DNA of 38,904 nucleotides from Atractiella rhizophila. Its lineage: Eukaryota. Under the pieces are notes generated by a model that saw only the letters and a program-made list of their open reading frames with translations, was not told the DNA's origin and searched no databases. The position numbers and the translations under genes are program-made. The DNA lies in assembly GCA_021432655.1 (NCBI GenBank), contig MU271500.1:1-38904 (forward strand), written 5' to 3'. Shown piece after piece: positions 34,001-38,904 of the stretch (position 1 is the stretch's first letter; the number at the start of each line of letters is the position of its first letter).

Positions 34001-36742
34001 CTTCCGAATCACTTGAAGTAGCAGATTGGATGCGAGACATCCGAGCCTTTGTGGTCGTCTTGTGGATAGCAGGAGTGGACAGGAAGGGAGGACCGTACTT
34101 CGTCAGTGCGCCGACTTTGGAAAGAGTGTTCCACTCGCGTTGCATCTCCATACTAGCCCACAGACGTCAACCAACCGGCTGGAGCAAGAAAGTAATGCGC
34201 ACTAGACGAGACTCTTGTTCAAATAATGCCTCTGCATCAACGTCAATCCACCTTTCCTCTCCTTCTCCTTATCCACCACCTCCTCGCCAGCTGACGACTC
34301 TTCAATCCTCACGCTCTTCCTCGTGCTTTTCTTACTCACTCCACTCCTCCTCGAGCTCGCAATGGACGGCGGTCTCGACCTCGGCGGCGGCTCGTCCTCT
34401 TCCGACGTCTCGTTCTCCTCGGGCGTCTTAGGACGAAGGAATAATCTTTGACTAGAACGGGACGGGGGTCTGTTCTCGATTTGCACCTCTTCCGTGTCAT
34501 ATTCTATCGCCCTCTCCTTCCCCTTCAAACTTGGCTTCCTTTTTTGTTCTTTTTCCTTCTCCTTCTCCTTTTCCTTGACACTCTCCCTCTTCTCCCTCGT
34601 ACTCCTCGACGTGTCTCTCTTGATAGGCTTCGAAAAATCGATGAATCCCTCATCCAAATCATCCTTCTTCTCTCTCTTCGAACTGTCAACAGATCTCCTC
34701 CTCCCCAAACCTGCAGGACTCTCGACCGTATCCTTAGCCTTGATAGACTGAGAATAAGCCAACCTCTTCACCTCAATCTTCTCCTCCTTCCTCGGATCCG
34801 CAGCCATCGAAGGCGTCGACCTCCTCTTGACCAATTTGGTCGTTGTCCTCTTAACCGGCCTATTCTCGTCCTTGCCACTCTTCACACTCTTCACGCTCTT
34901 CGTGCTCTTCAACGATTTCTCATCCGCAGGCAATCGCACACTCTTCTTCCTCTCTACGCCATTCTCCTTCTCCTTGCCCGCATCCGCAGACTTGGTAGGC
35001 GACGGCGGCGCCGACTTAAACTCTTCATTGAATTTGCTTCCCCTCCTCGTCAAAGGGAACGAAGGTCTCTTCAACCCTCCGCTTTCCTTTTCCTCCTCCT
35101 TCTTTCTTTCCTCTCCAGAGACGGCGTGCCCTGCCTCACTCTCACCTTCGGGGGCATCAGTGAAGTGTGCATCAGAGGTATAAGTCGAATGTTTGGAATT
35201 AGCTCTCGCAAGGGAAGAAGATTCAAGGGACGGTCTCGACTTTGTCGACTCCTTCTTCTTCCGCGGCGCAGACTTAGGTTCCTTTTCAGTCGAATACGTC
35301 TCTTTAGAACTTTCTGGGGGAGCACTCGGAATGAATTTGGACGTTTTGGTAGGAGAGGAAGGAGTAGAAGAAGCAGGCGATCGCGAGCTCTTGAGCCTCT
35401 TGATGAGTAGAGAATAATTGATCGACCCATCCTTCGTCGCCTTCCTCTCGTCCGCATCCGCATCCGCATTCATATTCCCTTCCAACTCCCCACCCCTTTC
35501 CGCCTTCTCTCCATCCACCCGCTTCTCGTCCTCGTCCTCGTCCTCCTTCTCTCCATCTGTGATCGCCGCACTCGGCGCAGTCGACGGCGCCGTCGACGCC
35601 CCGATCTCAGAAGAGGTCGTGAGAGTATTCGAGTGGACGAGCGGCGAAGAGGAACGTGGGATGGACGTTGGGGAGTGGGCCGTGGTGGCTTTGGTGCTGG
35701 AGGGTTCTTGAGGTTTAGACGCGAAAGGATCTGGGAGTTCGATCGCCGCTGGCGTTGGGCGGGAAGATGTCTGTCAAAAGAACAAGAGAATTAAGGAGGG
35801 GCCTTTAGGGTCAGATTCAGGGTGACATGAGGAAGGATAATCCAATAACAGCCCAGGAAAATAGATCGCAGGAAATAAAATTCTCCTTCCGGTATACCAA
35901 CTAGTTCTATTATCCATGCCTTAGGGTAGCACAAAAGCTACAATATGCCTTGCATTCGTACTTGCTGCCTCAGCAGCATCTTTGCCGTGGAATTAAAAGA
36001 GTGATCTTCATTAGATAGGGAGACGATAAAGCAATGCAGACCCTGTACTGCAACCCAAACAGGTACACCACGGTGAGCATAGTATGCAGGATTTCGCTGG
36101 TCAACACTACCGCGCTGTTATTGGATCCGTCAAGAAGAAATAACTAAATGCTCATCAGACCTGTTAAAGAGCTACCACTTTAGCTGGCATCCGCCTAGAT
36201 GGATCGATGCTGGAAGGAAATTGGATCAAAGACGAATGAATGGCAATGAATGGGAGAACGCATGACGTCAAGATCCCAAGATGTCGAATGCACAACAATG
36301 TAAAATGCAGATCTGCCCCAGTTTGCGCAGCTTCTATCGTCGATGCAGCAGTAGAGAATCGGGGAGAAAGTGCAAGAGACAATGTGACCCGTGCCTGAAG
36401 CTTCTAGCTTCTAGCGTGGTGGCGCCGGGCTTAGCGCTCAGCTCTCCATCTCCTGCCAACATGATGTTTGCGTTGCATCGCACCCTATCCACTCTGCAAT
36501 AGCTCCAATAGACACAAGGAGAGAACCAGACGCCCTCGAAAACAAAGACAAGAAAGAAAGAGAAAGTGCACCTTCTTCAAACTGCTCTTGACAGGTTTCT
36601 CCTTGGCCCTCCCAATAATAGTATCCGAATCATACCTCGACTCCTCCCCTCCGCCAGCTCCATCTGCACTTAGACTGTTCTTGTCCTTGGGCGGGTAGAT
36701 GACGGAGAAGGATTTCTCTTTCTTCTTAGGGAAGAGTCGCAT
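31002..36742 (-). CDS. PX-associated (PXB)/PX/DUF3818 protein, YPR097W-like, with a long low-complexity N-terminus; multi-exon
   Basis: LTLMQRHYLNKSLV|YMEMQREWNTLSKVGALTKYGPPF and PMLKYLYWRFVNNFPGL...YWQKNIQPFFDS (PXB-like); AIHNHMPYGLMKQGLKMINP and YLRL-like YVRLKQLL...KRDREKFVDL (DUF3818-like). The first exon 36742-36572 is inferred. Confidence 0.85.
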
Positions 36743-37448
36743 CTTGCTCTGGCGTGCTGTCCTATGCTATGTAGCTCTGACAGTCAAAAAGAGCCGTAGT
36801 AGATCGGAGCGTAGTGGTGAAGAAGAGATTATGGTACTGAAGAGGAGGGCTAAAGCTGACGTGCTGAAGTAGTAATAAGGGGAGAAGGTGAAAGAAAGTC
36901 GAAAACGGGATCGAAAAGGGAGTCAACATCGCCGTGTCTAGCTGCCGTATCCGCGTTGTACGTACCCGCTGCACTTTCAGCTCTTCACCGCAAAAACCAA
37001 TGAAAAATGAAACTGTTTACAGTAACTCAAGAATCAATTAACGATTGAGATGGTCACGAATAGTAGTCAGGATAGTAGGCGGACGGTGTTGTGGCCGTCA
37101 TCGTGAGTGCAGCTACCTTTCAATTTCGAGATTGAGGCCGTTGATGTTGATTGTGGACCTTGTGAAAAAGGTTGTTAACGCTCAATATCAATATGGAACA
37201 TTAACATTGACATATTGACGCGGTATACTCAAGGATTCCGTGATTTCATGTTCTTTCCTTTCCTCAGCTGTCTCCTCTTGCGGTGCGCTCGTGCGAAGGG
37301 GTGAAAAAGACATAACCAGATGTGCAATTTTGGACAACGAAAAGCAGAGCCAGAAGGTTATATACAAACAACTTGATAGCCTCCCGAAGACAAGTCGAGA
37401 TACGTCCACTAACTTTTCCCCTCTTCACTTTCCTTTTTCTTCCCCGTA

Positions 37449-38156
37449 TCAAGGGACCAAAGGTGTGAAAGCGAGGACTGAAAGTCCTCGAGCGTAGGCG
37501 TCGCCTCCCTCTCCCTCTCCATTTCCATTTCCCTTTCCGAGTCCAGTGGCCCGCTGAGGCGTCCCACTTAGATTCGTTTGGTGCTGTTGCGCATCCTGAT
37601 ATGAGCGTATGAGCTCCTCATTACTATGTAGTATCTCCTGCAAGCTCTCTATTCCACCTTCATGAGTATAGTGTTGGATAGGAAGGGAAGAAGGGAAGAC
37701 ATACGAACGCGCTGCTCCAGAGTCCGGATCTTATCTTCTTTCGCTCTCATGTCCTCATCTTCTTCCCCCTCGAATGGCCACGTGCAATTCATGTCTTTTG
37801 GATGAATGCCTCGAGATATCGCCGTGCGATAACATGTTCCTATCCTCCCTGTGAATACCTGGGAGAGTAAGTGAAGGAGAGGGAACGAACCGCAAACTGG
37901 TTTCTTCCCGTCACAACTGTGAGCCATAGAACGATACCAAACTCAGTTTCATATATATACGGTTAGATGAAATCCAATCGCGTACCGTATCTTGCGAGAG
38001 CGGCAGACCTGGAAGCATAGTAAGAAGTCAACGTGAATTCTCATGTAAACGAAGAGAAGAGCGTTGATGTACCTTACAAGCCGTATTCTTCACAAGCGGA
38101 GGTTGTGAGAGCTGTCTCGTTCCTTCCTTCATCCCACTTCTAACTCCTTTTGCCAT
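37449..38156 (-). CDS. Small Zn(II)2Cys6 binuclear-cluster protein (~155 aa, 5 exons)
   Basis: Exons 38156-38073, 38008-37986, 37916-37891, 37839-37705 and 37648-37449 splice in frame to AC KVCRSRKIRCDGKKPVCGTCYRTAISRGIHPKDMNC, followed by coiled-coil-like KIRTLEQRVQSLQEIL. Confidence 0.85.
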
Positions 38157-38904
38157 TCCAACGCTCAAGCTAGTAGATAGACAATATGACGGATTATGGA
38201 ATGGAAGAAGGCTACATGAGCCTTATATATTCCTCCACCAAATCAACACCACCGTGGCATCGAGCACTTCATGACAAAACCTGGCCCAACCCTGCCATGT
38301 AAGCGCACGGGTCTGTAGCGCAGCCAGATCATGGACGAAGGCTCCCTGTCCAAAGGGTGTAGCATCCCAGTACTTCGTGACACCTCTCACGGACGAGAAA
38401 GAAGCCTCCACTTTGTTTTCGCGTCGCGAACCTCGGGAGCCTGAGATCTGAGCAACTGGAAGGAAGGCAGAAGCGAGAAACCCTCTCAGGTACAGATACG
38501 GGCCAACCGTTGCTGTTTGTAGATGCGTCCCGATTTCCTGTTGTCCTTACTTTCTTCCACATCCGGTCATTCTTGCACAAAGAACCCGGAAACTTGACCG
38601 ATCCAGAATCCCAAATCTTCTCTCGTATCATGGACAGGGACAGATCGCATCCCAAGTCCCGAATTCGGAATCTGAACATACTGAGGCAGACGGGAACCAG
38701 ACGGCTTTTGCCTCCATCGTTGGTCGACAGACACGCATCCTCGGCTCCCTCCACCCAAACTTATCTCCAGAAGAGTGATAAGCGAAGACAAGCACGCCTT
38801 GCACATTCAACCGGCGCGCGTCGGGTAGGGATCTTCGAGCCGAGCCTGACCATAGATCGAAACAGGAGGAACAAGAAAGAAACAGGAACCGACACCATGG
38901 CCAG

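Noticed and set aside
34448..35711. Long plus-strand and alternative-frame ORFs (320, 118, 132 and 97 aa)
   Set aside because: Shadow ORFs of the low-complexity exon of the PXB/DUF3818 gene.
38223..38904. Short ORFs at the right end
   Set aside because: No recognisable motif or consistent exon chain; probably the upstream region of the Zn2Cys6 gene.
1..38904. CRISPR arrays, rRNA/tRNA genes, transposase or reverse transcriptase genes, programmed frameshifting in gene C
   Set aside because: No spaced repeats, RNA gene signatures or TE domains recognised by eye. The frameshift in C is a 1-nt homopolymer difference in an assembly with many such errors.

Overview
Eukaryotic, intron-rich fungal DNA. 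Short GT..AG introns with GTGCGT/GTACGC/GTTCGT donors and (G)CTRAY branch points suggest a basidiomycete; this is an inference. The window is dominated by a ~14.3 kb near-duplicate (1733-16028 vs 16055-30601) whose two copies both abut a 25-N gap. It is most likely two haplotypes left unmerged during long-read gap filling rather than a true tandem duplication. The repeated block holds a VCX1/CAX-type Ca2+/H+ exchanger, a flavin-reductase-like gene, an alpha/beta hydrolase (GLSMGG) and a cluster of F-box genes and pseudogenes. Comparing the copies gives the main biological signals, all centred on the F-box genes: a ~1.7 kb substitution of one F-box gene by unrelated sequence with the breakpoint inside a putative 5'UTR intron, a ~600 bp inversion bounded by microhomology that breaks another paralogue, and amino-acid divergence concentrated at the C-terminus of a third. 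The single-copy right arm encodes a PXB/PX/DUF3818 (YPR097W-like) protein and a small Zn2Cys6 factor. No RNA genes, CRISPR arrays or recognisable transposase/RT genes were seen. No wholly new system is demonstrated; the best candidate is a polymorphic F-box cassette locus.
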